Source: an uncultured Candidatus Poseidoniales archaeon (GTDB taxonomy: Archaea > Thermoplasmatota > Poseidoniia > Poseidoniales > Thalassarchaeaceae). From it: a stretch of DNA of 64,000 nt. Shown in pieces: positions 46,292 to 56,905 of the stretch (the first letter of the stretch is position 1; each line of letters begins with the position of its first letter). The notes under the pieces are model-generated. The model was not told the DNA's origin. It searched no databases and worked only from the letters and a program-made list of their open reading frames with translations. The stretch is from the NCBI GenBank assembly GCA_964645485.1, contig CAZXZO010000005.1:1281-65280 (forward strand). Reading direction: 5' to 3'. The translations under genes and the position numbers were made by a program.

Positions 46292-49276
46292 TCACCACAC
46301 ATCATGGTCGGTTCGGTGAGTCGGGGATGCTAAGACAACTTCTTCATCCTCGCCTTGAGCGATTAATCGAGCCGCTCTAATCATTGAAGCAGAACCACCC
46401 ACAAGCCCCACTCCACTTTGAATCATCACCGTGAAAATTGCAGGTAACAGCAATAATGCCGATGAAGCAGCGAAAATCAGTAAAATGATGATAACTTTGA
46501 CGAATGGTTTCAGCGCTGGTATCGGAATGAAGAAAGCTGTCGCTAATCCAGCACAGGTGACTACCACTGCTTCAATCAATGACATACCGGTTGTCGAACA
46601 GGCTTCCTTGACTGCCTCAATAGTACCTCCATTTTCTTTTACGCGATTGGCAATATGGATGCTAAAGTCAATCCCAACCCCAACCAAAATTGAGCCGATC
46701 ATAACTGTAACGAGTGATAAGGTGACATCCATTTGCTGCATCACTAACCACTGCATTGATACCGTAAATAATACAGGAATTGTCGTCAATAAGGCATATC
46801 TCGGGTCTCTAAACACAATAGATAGGGTGAACAGAGTTGCTGCTAATGCGAATGCTAGAGATGTCCACTGGGAACCAACAATCAGGTCATTCACAGCGAT
46901 TGTGACGGCGGCTACGCCGATAAGTTGGGATGAATCAATGCCTCCTGGATAGTTCTGCTCAGCATAGATATTGACTTCTCCAACAGCGGCTTGAGTTTCC
47001 TGAACATTCATGAAAGGCATATCAATGTAAATCAAACTCCTCTGATATGTTTCGTTAATGAATAATTGACGAGTTTCGTGAGTGAGAGATGCATAAAAGA
47101 CATCCAGCAAGAAAATTTGAACTCTTTTATTTGCATCATCTTCTGTGTTGAATGTTGTCAATACTCTCCAAAATGTTGCATCCTGTTCTTCTTCTCTATC
47201 AAAGATTACATGGCAAACTTCCTCACCAGTTCCACCGGGTATCAGATTACAAAATGGAGTTACAGATGTTCCCGATAAGTTCACTGAGACTCCCACGGAT
47301 TTCATCAGGAAAACGATACTTACTGCATTTGTTTTGTTGACTCCATCGGCCCTGCTTTCTAGCATCTCAATATCTTGTAGTTTGGCAAACGGGTCATCGT
47401 TTTCCGTGGTCGCATCATCTCTATCTCCTGCAACAGCACCATCAATTAACAACATTCCAATTTGGCCTGCGTTAAACTCTTCACTGTACTGTTTCATTTT
47501 CATTATTGGAGGCTGATTTTGAGGCGCCATGTCCAATAAGTCAATGTTTTCTTCGACTTGAGGTCTAGCCCAAACGGCTGACACTATCATTAAAATTAAG
47601 AAGATGCTGAGTGTGGCTTTTGCCCAATTAATCGGTTGTTCAACAACAAATTCAATTATTTTTGGTGGCGGGTGACTTGGCTTTTTCAGGTCTAATAACA
47701 TGGTTAAGTTTGGAACCATTATCATTGTCAAGAAATATACAATAATGATTCCGCCAGCAAGAGCAATTCCAACAGTTTTAATCGGAGCCATTGGGGTAAT
47801 TACTAGAGAAATGAATCCTATTACGGTCGTAATTGCGGATAGTAAAACCGCTTTTCCTGTTGATTGAATTGCAATGGCCATTTTTTCTTGCGGCGTCCCA
47901 GATTCCTCAGCATATCTATTGGTGATATGTAATCCGTATGAAACACCCAGCGCAAGGAGTATCGGACCCACAATGATAACCGTCATTGTCACCTCATAAT
48001 CGAGATAGCCGATCAGACCTAATGTCCACCATACAGAACAGAGTGTTGGAAGCCCAGAAATGATGACTACCTTAATCCCCTGAATCACTCTAACCTTTCC
48101 AGTTTGGATTAGGTCAGAGTGGAAAAGGAAAAGTCCGAATGCTACTGCAACTACACCTAGCGGAAAGATTTGCCAGAAAAGGACGAAAGAATATTTTGTC
48201 ACCGAATTAGTGATTGGCACTGGTCCAGTTAGGGTCATTGTTAGACCGATACATTGTGGGGCAGTACCATTTTGCCCATCTGGTCTATCTTCACAAGCCG
48301 AAGTTTCTTCGTTCCAATTATTCTCAAACGAGGTTTGTTCAATCCAGCATTCTGTGTAGGTGATGATATCGGTGTACGCTTCGACTTCGCGTTGCCCGCC
48401 AGTTTTGCAAACCTCTGGGATTTCTGATGCTTGGAATCCAGTGTCAACAACACCCACGACAATTACTGCTCTATTTGGAAATCCAACTGTAGACAGGGCA
48501 CCTGCACCTACGTCGCGATAGAGTTTATCCTTGGCGTTGGGAGGTAATTCGCCAATGATTTGGTTTACTCGATTCTGGTCATCGGGGATGCTGTATCCGC
48601 CTAAAGTATCCCCTAAGTCATCAATTTGGTCATTTATTTGTTGAGAAAGATTATCTCCGCCAAGAGCATTTGTGACAAACGCCTTTGCCACTCTTGGGGC
48701 AGATGAATTCACTTCTTTTACAACAGTAGATATTGATAAAATATAGATAATCCCATCTTGTTCACCACCATCTGAGACAACCTTGTTTAATTGCCGTTCA
48801 ATTTTATCGAGCTGTTTCAGGACTTCGACATTTGTGACTCCTTGGTTCTCAGACTCTACATAGATGATCATTGCATTAGTTGTCCAATCTTCTTCAATAG
48901 TTGCTAAATCTTCCTTGACAGTTGAACCTTCTGGGAGATATACCTCCAAGTCACCATTGACATTCAAAGACGAAGTTCCCGTCCATTTGTCTAGGACACC
49001 TGAGTGAAAGAGGAAAAACATGGTAATTAGCACACAGAGACCAACTGTTGGTGCTGGGAATCTAGTTAGTGACCCAAAAATTGTCATTTTTCGTAACTCT
49101 TTTTGAATCCTCCTAGGAGCATCCATTATTGCTTCCATTGCAATTTCGGAATCAAAGTCGCTGAGTTTACCTTTCACGATACTTGTGGTAGAACTTATTT
49201 TTTCCGTGAGTCGTGAGGTAGTGGGTTTGTCTGGGGTCTTTCTGTCCCCACCTTCCTCAGAGATGTCAGCCACCAT
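46292..49276 (-). CDS. MMPL/RND-family transporter
   Basis: Two repeats of an extracellular loop plus TM bundle, with GVSYGLHITNRY and GVGIDFSIHIANR, and TGKAVLLSA.TT.IGF. Confidence 0.9.
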   Translation of the reverse strand: MVADISEEGGDRKTPDKPTTSRLTEKISSTTSIVKGKLSDFDSEIAMEAIMDAPRRIQKELRKMTIFGSLTRFPAPTVGLCVLITMFFLFHSGVLDKWTGTSSLNVNGDLEVYLPEGSTVKEDLATIEEDWTTNAMIIYVESENQGVTNVEVLKQLDKIERQLNKVVSDGGEQDGIIYILSISTVVKEVNSSAPRVAKAFVTNALGGDNLSQQINDQIDDLGDTLGGYSIPDDQNRVNQIIGELPPNAKDKLYRDVGAGALSTVGFPNRAVIVVGVVDTGFQASEIPEVCKTGGQREVEAYTDIITYTECWIEQTSFENNWNEETSACEDRPDGQNGTAPQCIGLTMTLTGPVPITNSVTKYSFVLFWQIFPLGVVAVAFGLFLFHSDLIQTGKVRVIQGIKVVIISGLPTLCSVWWTLGLIGYLDYEVTMTVIIVGPILLALGVSYGLHITNRYAEESGTPQEKMAIAIQSTGKAVLLSAITTVIGFISLVITPMAPIKTVGIALAGGIIIVYFLTMIMVPNLTMLLDLKKPSHPPPKIIEFVVEQPINWAKATLSIFLILMIVSAVWARPQVEENIDLLDMAPQNQPPIMKMKQYSEEFNAGQIGMLLIDGAVAGDRDDATTENDDPFAKLQDIEMLESRADGVNKTNAVSIVFLMKSVGVSVNLSGTSVTPFCNLIPGGTGEEVCHVIFDREEEQDATFWRVLTTFNTEDDANKRVQIFLLDVFYASLTHETRQLFINETYQRSLIYIDMPFMNVQETQAAVGEVNIYAEQNYPGGIDSSQLIGVAAVTIAVNDLIVGSQWTSLAFALAATLFTLSIVFRDPRYALLTTIPVLFTVSMQWLVMQQMDVTLSLVTVMIGSILVGVGIDFSIHIANRVKENGGTIEAVKEACSTTGMSLIEAVVVTCAGLATAFFIPIPALKPFVKVIIILLIFAASSALLLLPAIFTVMIQSGVGLVGGSASMIRAARLIAQGEDEEVVLASPTHRTDHDVW

Positions 49277-49496
49277 TACGCCCTGCCAACAAGTCCGCCT
49301 TTAATATCTCAGCCATATGGTCCTCAATATGTATGATTGAGGCGCCTTGGAAAAGAGCCAAATTATCATTCTCGAAGTAACCCAAGGTTGATGCTCTGTC
49401 TTATGCAAAAGCGGCATCCTCATGAATGGTGACTCAGCGCCCTTAGTTTGAGGATACTTGCAGTTGACGTGTGAGAGGGCCTTGGTGGGATAATTA

Positions 49497-51986
49497 ATGG
49501 CAGATCCGCGTATAACTGAGAAGCGATGGACAATTGACTTAGAAAAGCGAATCCAAGAAGAGCATTATTCTGACCCAGAACTCTACAATTCGAGGTACGG
49601 GTTCAACCCTAAATCGGAAAAAGAACTGTTTGTGATTGACACACCACCTCCATACCCTAGTGGTACTTGGCATATTGGAGCAGTTGCCCAATATTCTATG
49701 ATTGATGTTATTGCTAGAAGCCAACGTCTGATGGGGAAAGAGGTTTACTTCCCATGGGGTGTAGACAGAAACGGTATCAACATTGAATTCACCGTTGAGA
49801 AAAATACTGATAGAAAAATGAAAACTTATGACCGCGCAGAATTCTTACGATTGTGTGAAGAAACAATTGAGGAATTCACTCAAGCTATGCGTGAAACGGC
49901 AAGCCGAGTTGGTTTATCATGTGATTTTGCTAAAGAATACCTCACCGACTCTCCTGAATATCGGGCAGTAACTCAGGCGATTTTCGTAGATTTATTCAAG
50001 CGGGGAGAAATTGTTGAGGATTTGCGTCCAAATATTTACGACCCTGTAGAAGGAACGACAATTGCAGATGCAGAAGTTGAAAGGTTACACAGAATGACTC
50101 AACTTGTAGATGTCAGATGGACAACCGATAGCGGAGAAGATATCACAATCTCAACCACTCGCCCTGAATTAATTTGCGCTTGTGGCGTTGTCGTGGTACA
50201 TCCAGACGATGAAAGATACCTGCATCTTATAGGACAACAAATACATCTGCCAGTAGACGTTCAAGGCCGTGGTACTAGCGTTGAAATTCTAGCCCATCCA
50301 TCAGTAAAATCCGATTTTGGTTCCGGAGTTTTGATGGTTTGTTCTTTTGGTGACCAAAATGACGTGGCTGTTTTCAGAGAATTGGGATTAACTCCTTTCC
50401 AAGCAATTGGATTAGATGGATGCATGACAGAAATTAGTGGGCCGTTAGAAGGATTGACTGTTCTAGATGCCCGCCAGGCTGTAATAGAAAGTCTAGAGGC
50501 ATCGGGCAGAATTGTCTCCATTGAGGAGAGGCAGCAAGAAGTTCCTGTTTCTGAAAGAGGCAAAAATCCTGTTGAAATCATTTTGCTGAAGGAATGGTAT
50601 ATCCGTCAGACTCACAAGCAAGACAGGATTGCTGAATTAGCTGATGAAATTAATTTTACACCGCCTAGGAACAAACAATTTCTGCTAGATTGGATGGAAA
50701 ATATTTCAATTGATTGGCCAATTAGTAGAAGGCGATGGTATCATACAGAGATTCCAATTTGGTACTCAGAGGACCAGCAGAAAGTCATTGTTCCTCCAAT
50801 CGGCACCTATGTTCAGCCATGGTGCGAATCACCACCTTCAAATTCAAGAGTTCTAGATAGGGAAACAAAAGAAGACCTAGGGGAATGGTCAGAACTGAGA
50901 GGTAACCTTGGGAATGTTGTAGGAGAAGAAAAAGTGTTCGATACTTGGATGGATTCCTCCAACTCTAATCTTTATGTTTCTGGGTATCTCAATGATAATG
51001 ACACATTTGAGAGGGCGTTCCCTACAGGGTTACGACCTCAAGGTAAGGAAATTGTACGTACATGGTTGTACTACACTTTATTGAAATCTGCCCTTTTGTT
51101 TGACAAACCCGGTTTCAAGAATGTCTGGATTGACGGACTTGGGATGGACCCATGGGGTAGGAAAATGTCGAAGTCATTAGGAAACGGAATTGATGCTGAT
51201 TCTGTTTTAGAATGTGGTGCTGGTGGAAGGACTGGTTCTTGGAAGGTCAAGGGACCAAATAAAACAGTCAATCTGAAAGCCAACAAAATAGGATCAGAAT
51301 GTTTCCGATTATGGAAGGCTTGTGATGCACAAGTTGGCGATGACTTCCAAATCAATCCCGAAGAAATTGAGGCAAAATATTACGGTGTTTTGACAAAATT
51401 GTTCAATGTGGCTAGGTTTGCTAGTCAGTTTGAAATCCCGGATGATTTAGATTCTGTTCCCGCTGACTTAAGCATGTCAGAACAATGGATCTTATCAGAA
51501 TTTGCCCAAGTTAATCTGACCGTTCGGACTGCTTGGGAAAATATAGATATCTATACTGCTGCCCAATCTATCAAAAATTTTGGTACAGGAATTTTCCCAA
51601 GTCATTGGCTTGAAATGGCAAAAACAAGACTCTACGATGGGGACCTTGGTGCAGCATGGACAGTACATCGAATTGTAAGAGATTTACTAACTATGTTTAG
51701 TCCGATTTGTCCATTCCTTTGCCACCATCTTTCGTCAACATTGTACGGTGTATCTGCAGTTGATATCCGAGCGTTTCCAGAATTGCCAATTAGTGAATTG
51801 GGAGACTCTGAATTAGGAGAAAAATTACGCCAATATTCTCCAATAATTACCGAATTTAATTCAGATGTGTGGGCTGCCAAGAACGAGGCTGGACTAGGGA
51901 GAGGAAAACCAATTTCAGGAATTGGGATTCCTTCGCAATTAGATGACTTCTCTAGCCACCTGATTACCATGCATAAACTTGAGTGA
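49497..51986 (+). CDS. valS: Valyl-tRNA synthetase, archaeal type
   Basis: IDTPPPYPSG..HIGA, TTRPE, DWPISRRRWY, RPQGKEIVRTW and KMSKS. No bacterial C-terminal coiled coil. Confidence 0.95.
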   Translation: MADPRITEKRWTIDLEKRIQEEHYSDPELYNSRYGFNPKSEKELFVIDTPPPYPSGTWHIGAVAQYSMIDVIARSQRLMGKEVYFPWGVDRNGINIEFTVEKNTDRKMKTYDRAEFLRLCEETIEEFTQAMRETASRVGLSCDFAKEYLTDSPEYRAVTQAIFVDLFKRGEIVEDLRPNIYDPVEGTTIADAEVERLHRMTQLVDVRWTTDSGEDITISTTRPELICACGVVVVHPDDERYLHLIGQQIHLPVDVQGRGTSVEILAHPSVKSDFGSGVLMVCSFGDQNDVAVFRELGLTPFQAIGLDGCMTEISGPLEGLTVLDARQAVIESLEASGRIVSIEERQQEVPVSERGKNPVEIILLKEWYIRQTHKQDRIAELADEINFTPPRNKQFLLDWMENISIDWPISRRRWYHTEIPIWYSEDQQKVIVPPIGTYVQPWCESPPSNSRVLDRETKEDLGEWSELRGNLGNVVGEEKVFDTWMDSSNSNLYVSGYLNDNDTFERAFPTGLRPQGKEIVRTWLYYTLLKSALLFDKPGFKNVWIDGLGMDPWGRKMSKSLGNGIDADSVLECGAGGRTGSWKVKGPNKTVNLKANKIGSECFRLWKACDAQVGDDFQINPEEIEAKYYGVLTKLFNVARFASQFEIPDDLDSVPADLSMSEQWILSEFAQVNLTVRTAWENIDIYTAAQSIKNFGTGIFPSHWLEMAKTRLYDGDLGAAWTVHRIVRDLLTMFSPICPFLCHHLSSTLYGVSAVDIRAFPELPISELGDSELGEKLRQYSPIITEFNSDVWAAKNEAGLGRGKPISGIGIPSQLDDFSSHLITMHKLE

Positions 51987-51990
51987 AGTG

Positions 51991-52983
51991 CTAGAAAATC
52001 TCAGGATTCAGCATTGATTTTGGTTTTCTACCGTCTAAGAAATCAACTAACAAAGCAGCCATCTCTTCGCCAATTCTAGATTGTGCCTCAATTGTTGCGG
52101 CACCAATGTGTGGGGTGCCGTGAAAGTTTTTGTGATGCACAATTGGGTTGTCTAAAGCAGGTTCTTCTTCAAACACATCAAGTGCGGCAGAGGCAACTAT
52201 TCCTGACTCTAAGGCTTCCAATAATGCAACTTCATCAACAATTCCACCACGGGCACAATTTACGATATGGTTGCCACAAGGGACGTTGTCGATGCCAATC
52301 CCAGGCATCATTTTCATTCTTTCAGCATTAACCAAGTGATGGGTTTCAGCAGTAAGGTTACAGTGAATTGAGATATGAGTACACAATCGAAACACTTCAT
52401 CAATTTCATCGTGTAATTGACAGTGCTTATCCGCTGCCACTTCTGCGCGGAGATACGGGTCATAGGTATGGAGAGTCATTCCTAATGATCGAGCTGCTCG
52501 GCCAACTCCTTGGGCAATTCTTCCAAAGCCAATCAAGCCTAACCTTTTGCCTGATAATTCAGTTCCTCGGAGTTGCTTTTTTTCCCATTTTCCTTCTCTC
52601 AATGTTCGGTCTCCGGTTGTGATGTGTCTAGCACATGCGAGCAGATGTCCAATAGTCAACTCAACAACTGCATGTGTAGAAGCACCCGGCGTATTACAAA
52701 CTGCGACTTTATTTTTGGTTGCAAATGCTAAGTCAATGTTGTCTATACCTACACCTGCTCGACCTATCAGTCTCAGTTTGCCGTTTTTCCCACTAGAATT
52801 TTTTATGACTTTTTCAGTCAATTTTGTTGCACTTCTAATTACTACTGCGTCAAATTCCGATAAAACCCCAGATTCTAATTCATCAGTGGAATAATGTTTC
52901 AATACAATTTCATGGCCTTTTTCTTGTAGATGATTTACAGCGGTTTCATCCATGCCATCTGTTACAGCAATTCTTCCCATCAT
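51991..52983 (-). CDS. D-isomer-specific 2-hydroxyacid dehydrogenase (D-3-phosphoglycerate dehydrogenase-like, no ACT domain)
   Basis: Motifs IRSATK, RAGVGIDNID, GFGRIAQ, NCARGG, ALDVFEEEP and TPHIGAAT.EAQ. Confidence 0.9.
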   Translation of the reverse strand: MMGRIAVTDGMDETAVNHLQEKGHEIVLKHYSTDELESGVLSEFDAVVIRSATKLTEKVIKNSSGKNGKLRLIGRAGVGIDNIDLAFATKNKVAVCNTPGASTHAVVELTIGHLLACARHITTGDRTLREGKWEKKQLRGTELSGKRLGLIGFGRIAQGVGRAARSLGMTLHTYDPYLRAEVAADKHCQLHDEIDEVFRLCTHISIHCNLTAETHHLVNAERMKMMPGIGIDNVPCGNHIVNCARGGIVDEVALLEALESGIVASAALDVFEEEPALDNPIVHHKNFHGTPHIGAATIEAQSRIGEEMAALLVDFLDGRKPKSMLNPEIF

Positions 52984-53090
52984 TTAGTGGCAATACTAGG
53001 GGTGACATCAAGATTGCTAAAGAACTGTTCACATAATGAAAGCAAGAATTGATATTGGGGGTCCTCTGATTGGCGGATTAGGGATGAACT

Positions 53091-53690
53091 ATGACCTTTG
53101 AATTACCTGAACTTGGATATGATTATGATGCGCTAGAACCTCACTTAGACGCACTAACTATGGAAATACACCACAGCAAACACCACAATGGTTACACCAA
53201 CAATCTAAACGGTGCTGTTTCTGGTACAGAAATGGAAGGGAAAACGATTGAAGATTTGTTGGCAAATCACACAGACAATTTGGCAGTTAGGAACAACGGT
53301 GGCGGCTTCTGGAATCATCGATTATTCTGGAATCTCATGTCTCCAAATGGAGGTGGGAATCCAACAGGTGCTGTTGCAGATGCAATCGATTCCGCATTTG
53401 GTTCATTTGATGAGATGAAAGCCCAATTCACAAAAGCCGCAGTAACCCGATTCGGCAGCGGCTGGGCATGGCTTTCAGTTTCTGCTGAGGGTTCACTAGT
53501 TATTTCATCAACACCCAATCAAGATAATCCACTCATGGATGGAAGCGGCTCGCCAATTTTGGCAGTCGATGTTTGGGAGCACGCATATTACAAGAAATTC
53601 GGGCCTGGTAGAGGAGATTATCTTGCAGCATGGTGGAATGTTGTTAATTGGGATGCTGTTAGTGATTTATACCACTCTGCACTGCAATAA
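53091..53690 (+). CDS. sod: Fe/Mn superoxide dismutase (bacterial Mn-type signature)
   Basis: Motifs [27 protein letters not shown] and DVWEHAYY. Confidence 0.95.
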   Translation: MTFELPELGYDYDALEPHLDALTMEIHHSKHHNGYTNNLNGAVSGTEMEGKTIEDLLANHTDNLAVRNNGGGFWNHRLFWNLMSPNGGGNPTGAVADAIDSAFGSFDEMKAQFTKAAVTRFGSGWAWLSVSAEGSLVISSTPNQDNPLMDGSGSPILAVDVWEHAYYKKFGPGRGDYLAAWWNVVNWDAVSDLYHSALQ

Positions 53691-53787
53691 ATGTGGATTC
53701 TGGAAAAAGTAAAGAACCCTGAAATATAGTAATTTTATCTCAACATTGACCGACCGCTTCATGAAGTGAAGCAATGGACCATACATT

Positions 53788-55005
53788 GTGAATTGGTCTG
53801 CGGATGACCCTAGCACCCTTGCAGTGGTGGTGATTTTACTAGTATCTCCAATCTTACTTGTTATTCCCTCACAGAGGTTGTGGAGGAGACTCGTATTGAA
53901 GTCTGAGAAACACATTAAATACAGAAAAATCGTAAAAGGAATCCTTACTCATGGCTATCCTTTGCAAATATTTAGGGCATCTCTAGACAAAACTGCCAGG
54001 GGTTTCAAATTAGATAAGAAGGAGCAAGGAAGGTTGGAAAGTGACATTCTCTATCCTTTGAATACTTTGCATTTTCTAATTTTACCTTCAATGATTTTAT
54101 GGCCAATACTCTCTATTTTTGCTGTTTTTTTGATATTACCACTGATTCCATTGCTTCGATTCACAGAATGGGTAATGATTGACAAAGGAGTTCTTGCCTG
54201 GATTGTGAAAGTGATAAAGAAATACACTAACTGGCAATTAATTGGCGTCCCAAAGTTATCTCGAGACGCGCGTAAGGGCGATGTTTGGATTCACGCTTTA
54301 CATAGGATGCCAACAACTGTTCTCTTAGGTTTGTTCGCATATTTAGTCGTACATTATTTGGATTTTCTTCCAGATATATTCGCTTTAGCGATAGCTGGAG
54401 TTATCTATTTGTTATTGGCTTCTCTTGCAATAATTACGGCAGTAGCGATTGATGGAGAGTTAGCGTTCGCTGATAATGCACAGAGAAGGATAATTCCACT
54501 CGAGGCGATTCTACAAGATTTGTTGACGCCGGTTGTTGGTGCTGGATTACTTGTCCTTATTGTTCGCCAAGTTTTCCTAACTATCAATTATCCTGGAGTT
54601 GGTTTACATGACCCAATCATTTTTGCAATTTCGATAATGGTTGTTCTTTACACAGCTACTATTGTTGGTGCCCTGATTGAATGGGCTGTTGGCAGACGAG
54701 GTAAGATAATTCGTAATTCTTTCCATAAACGCTTGATTGATGACGAGAACCCTGAACTTTATTCCTTCACTCGAAATAAAGATGGAAGCCTAAATCTGAG
54801 AAAAATTTGCATGCTTGAGGAATTCTTCATCAATGACCACCGATTCCCTGAGCAGTCATTAGAGGCATCAATCAGGTTTGAGGATTTAATGGCGTTACCT
54901 TCTCTAGTTGAGGAAGGTGTGGTGACTTTACCACCCAAAAAACCTGAGAGAAAAACTTCTGCGGTTCTAGGAGTAACTACCCCTGAAAACAATGCAGATG
55001 AGTGA
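53788..55005 (+). CDS. Hypothetical polytopic membrane protein
   Basis: About 6-7 hydrophobic helices. No family recognised. Confidence 0.7.
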   Translation: MNWSADDPSTLAVVVILLVSPILLVIPSQRLWRRLVLKSEKHIKYRKIVKGILTHGYPLQIFRASLDKTARGFKLDKKEQGRLESDILYPLNTLHFLILPSMILWPILSIFAVFLILPLIPLLRFTEWVMIDKGVLAWIVKVIKKYTNWQLIGVPKLSRDARKGDVWIHALHRMPTTVLLGLFAYLVVHYLDFLPDIFALAIAGVIYLLLASLAIITAVAIDGELAFADNAQRRIIPLEAILQDLLTPVVGAGLLVLIVRQVFLTINYPGVGLHDPIIFAISIMVVLYTATIVGALIEWAVGRRGKIIRNSFHKRLIDDENPELYSFTRNKDGSLNLRKICMLEEFFINDHRFPEQSLEASIRFEDLMALPSLVEEGVVTLPPKKPERKTSAVLGVTTPENNADE

Positions 55006-55017
55006 TTGTGTTTTGTC

Positions 55018-55410
55018 TTAACTAAAACTACTGCCACAACTACAAGCCTTCGAAGCATTTGGATTCTCAATCTTGAATCCGCCACCCATGAGAGAATCTT
55101 GGAAATCAACTACGATGCCAGAAAGTAAACTGCTGTCAAAATCGGAAATTGCAATTGGGATTCCACTTACATCACCAAATTGGTGCCCTAATTGTTCGGG
55201 TTTATCACCAATTTGCATATCATACAGGTATCCTGAACATCCGCCGCGATGAACAGCAAGGGTCAGGACCACATCGCCAGGTTCAGAATTGAATATCTCC
55301 CTGAGTTTATTGGCTGCAATATCTGTCAAAATCACATCAAGTGGTACGATTTCAAATTCTTCTCCCTCACTTGTTTCGGAGAGCACCCCACTATTTGCCG
55401 GACAATCCAT
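55018..55410 (-). CDS. HesB/IscA-family Fe-S assembly protein
   Basis: GGCSG..Y, G..VDF..GGGF..NPNA..CSCGSSF. Confidence 0.95.
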   Translation of the reverse strand: MDCPANSGVLSETSEGEEFEIVPLDVILTDIAANKLREIFNSEPGDVVLTLAVHRGGCSGYLYDMQIGDKPEQLGHQFGDVSGIPIAISDFDSSLLSGIVVDFQDSLMGGGFKIENPNASKACSCGSSFS

Positions 55411-55440
55411 GTTACTCCCTACCTCTGATGGTTGATTAAT

Positions 55441-56814
55441 TCATGCATCTATTTTGTCAAAAATGATGTCTATACAACAATGTTGGTTATCTTCACCAGT
55501 GCATTGTCTTTCTACAGCAGCAGTTTTGACACCAAACATGGTTTCGACTATACCCTCAAGTATACCCTCATCTAAATGACAGAATGGTCCCCCGAATTGA
55601 GGTGCTTGTCCACAAGAACCCGCATCGTGAATTTTTATTGATCGAGGTGGGTCTCCTATAATTTCCATTTCCCCCATTCCCATTTCAGCCCATTCTTTGG
55701 TGAGATGATCCCAAAATTCTTTGTCTGTTCGAGTGGTATCTTTGGTATTTGTGACTATTTCTTCACCTATTCTGTGACCTACAGTTCGCATCAAATCTGA
55801 GACGTCTATTCCAAGCAATTCAAGTTCGGGAAGATTGGGCTGTGAGGTGAGGTATTCATCTCCTCGGCGAAGTATCGCATTTGTCCAATTTTCATTATCT
55901 GGATGTTGGTCTTGAAGGTCTCGTGCAACAATCTCTTTGAATCTTCTATAGAATGAGCCGGCACCTAGATTAATTTGTAATGGTTCAGTACTTTCACCCA
56001 ATTCTACGAAAGTTTTTGCTGTAGATATTGGAGTTGCGTTTTTCCAAGTTGCAGTTATCAAGTCGGTTTGAGCAGAAAGGAATTCAGGTGCTTCTATGAT
56101 AAGAGCGGCATCTTCTTTTCCTCGTCCAACTGGATTTGTCTCCATAGATACATTTTGTACAGCAACATCGCCGTCTACGATGCAGCCATGCATCGAGACT
56201 GATTCACTGTGTCTAATTTCGACTGCGGAATCTAATTGTTCATAGAATTTTAAAGTGCTTTTATCGAGGCAAGCGAGTACTTTCACACTAACGCCTCTTG
56301 CAGCAGCATCATTAGCAGCCTTCAAAGCACCAGTTTTCACAAGATGTAGGATGCCATATTTGCCAATGATTAACCAGACTGATGACTCTGCATCATCAAT
56401 AATTCTCTCCATTGCTGCTTGAATGTAACTTCGTTCTTTTACAACTGAAAAACTCGGTTCCTTTAACGTCGGGACGTGTGATGTGATCACATTTTTCCCT
56501 TCATTAAATTCGTCATAATGGGCTTTGATACGACGTAACTCTTGCTCCTCATGATTGATTAATTGTTGAAAGATTTCTGTTATTGATAAGCCTGTAAAGC
56601 GCATTGGTTTATCCAGTGTGGCCATAACTAATCCACGTTCTTGTAATCGTTTCAAAGTGTTATACGAGTCCATTCGACTGATGCCAATTTCCTTGCCAAC
56701 CTCACTTGCTTTCAGAGGTGAGGATGTTGAAAGCAGAATCACTACATGGGCCTCTTTTTCTTCCAATCCGATGTCAATCAACCGGGTGTGAAGGGGGGAA
56801 GAGCCGCCATCCAT
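55441..56814 (-). CDS. TrmB-family transcriptional regulator with a C-terminal V4R domain
   Basis: TrmB wHTH (GLEEKEA..LKASEV..ISRMDSYNTLKRLQERGLV..KPMRF), a PLD-like effector domain (CIVDG) and V4R (CH..EG.LEG..E..C..C). Confidence 0.85.
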   Translation of the reverse strand: MDGGSSPLHTRLIDIGLEEKEAHVVILLSTSSPLKASEVGKEIGISRMDSYNTLKRLQERGLVMATLDKPMRFTGLSITEIFQQLINHEEQELRRIKAHYDEFNEGKNVITSHVPTLKEPSFSVVKERSYIQAAMERIIDDAESSVWLIIGKYGILHLVKTGALKAANDAAARGVSVKVLACLDKSTLKFYEQLDSAVEIRHSESVSMHGCIVDGDVAVQNVSMETNPVGRGKEDAALIIEAPEFLSAQTDLITATWKNATPISTAKTFVELGESTEPLQINLGAGSFYRRFKEIVARDLQDQHPDNENWTNAILRRGDEYLTSQPNLPELELLGIDVSDLMRTVGHRIGEEIVTNTKDTTRTDKEFWDHLTKEWAEMGMGEMEIIGDPPRSIKIHDAGSCGQAPQFGGPFCHLDEGILEGIVETMFGVKTAAVERQCTGEDNQHCCIDIIFDKIDA

Positions 56815-56905
56815 GGTGATGGCCGACCATTCAACTGATTTGAACCAATTGATATCTTGTCAATTTCTGACGAAGCATTAAGTTGTAGAATACATACAGC
56901 ATATT

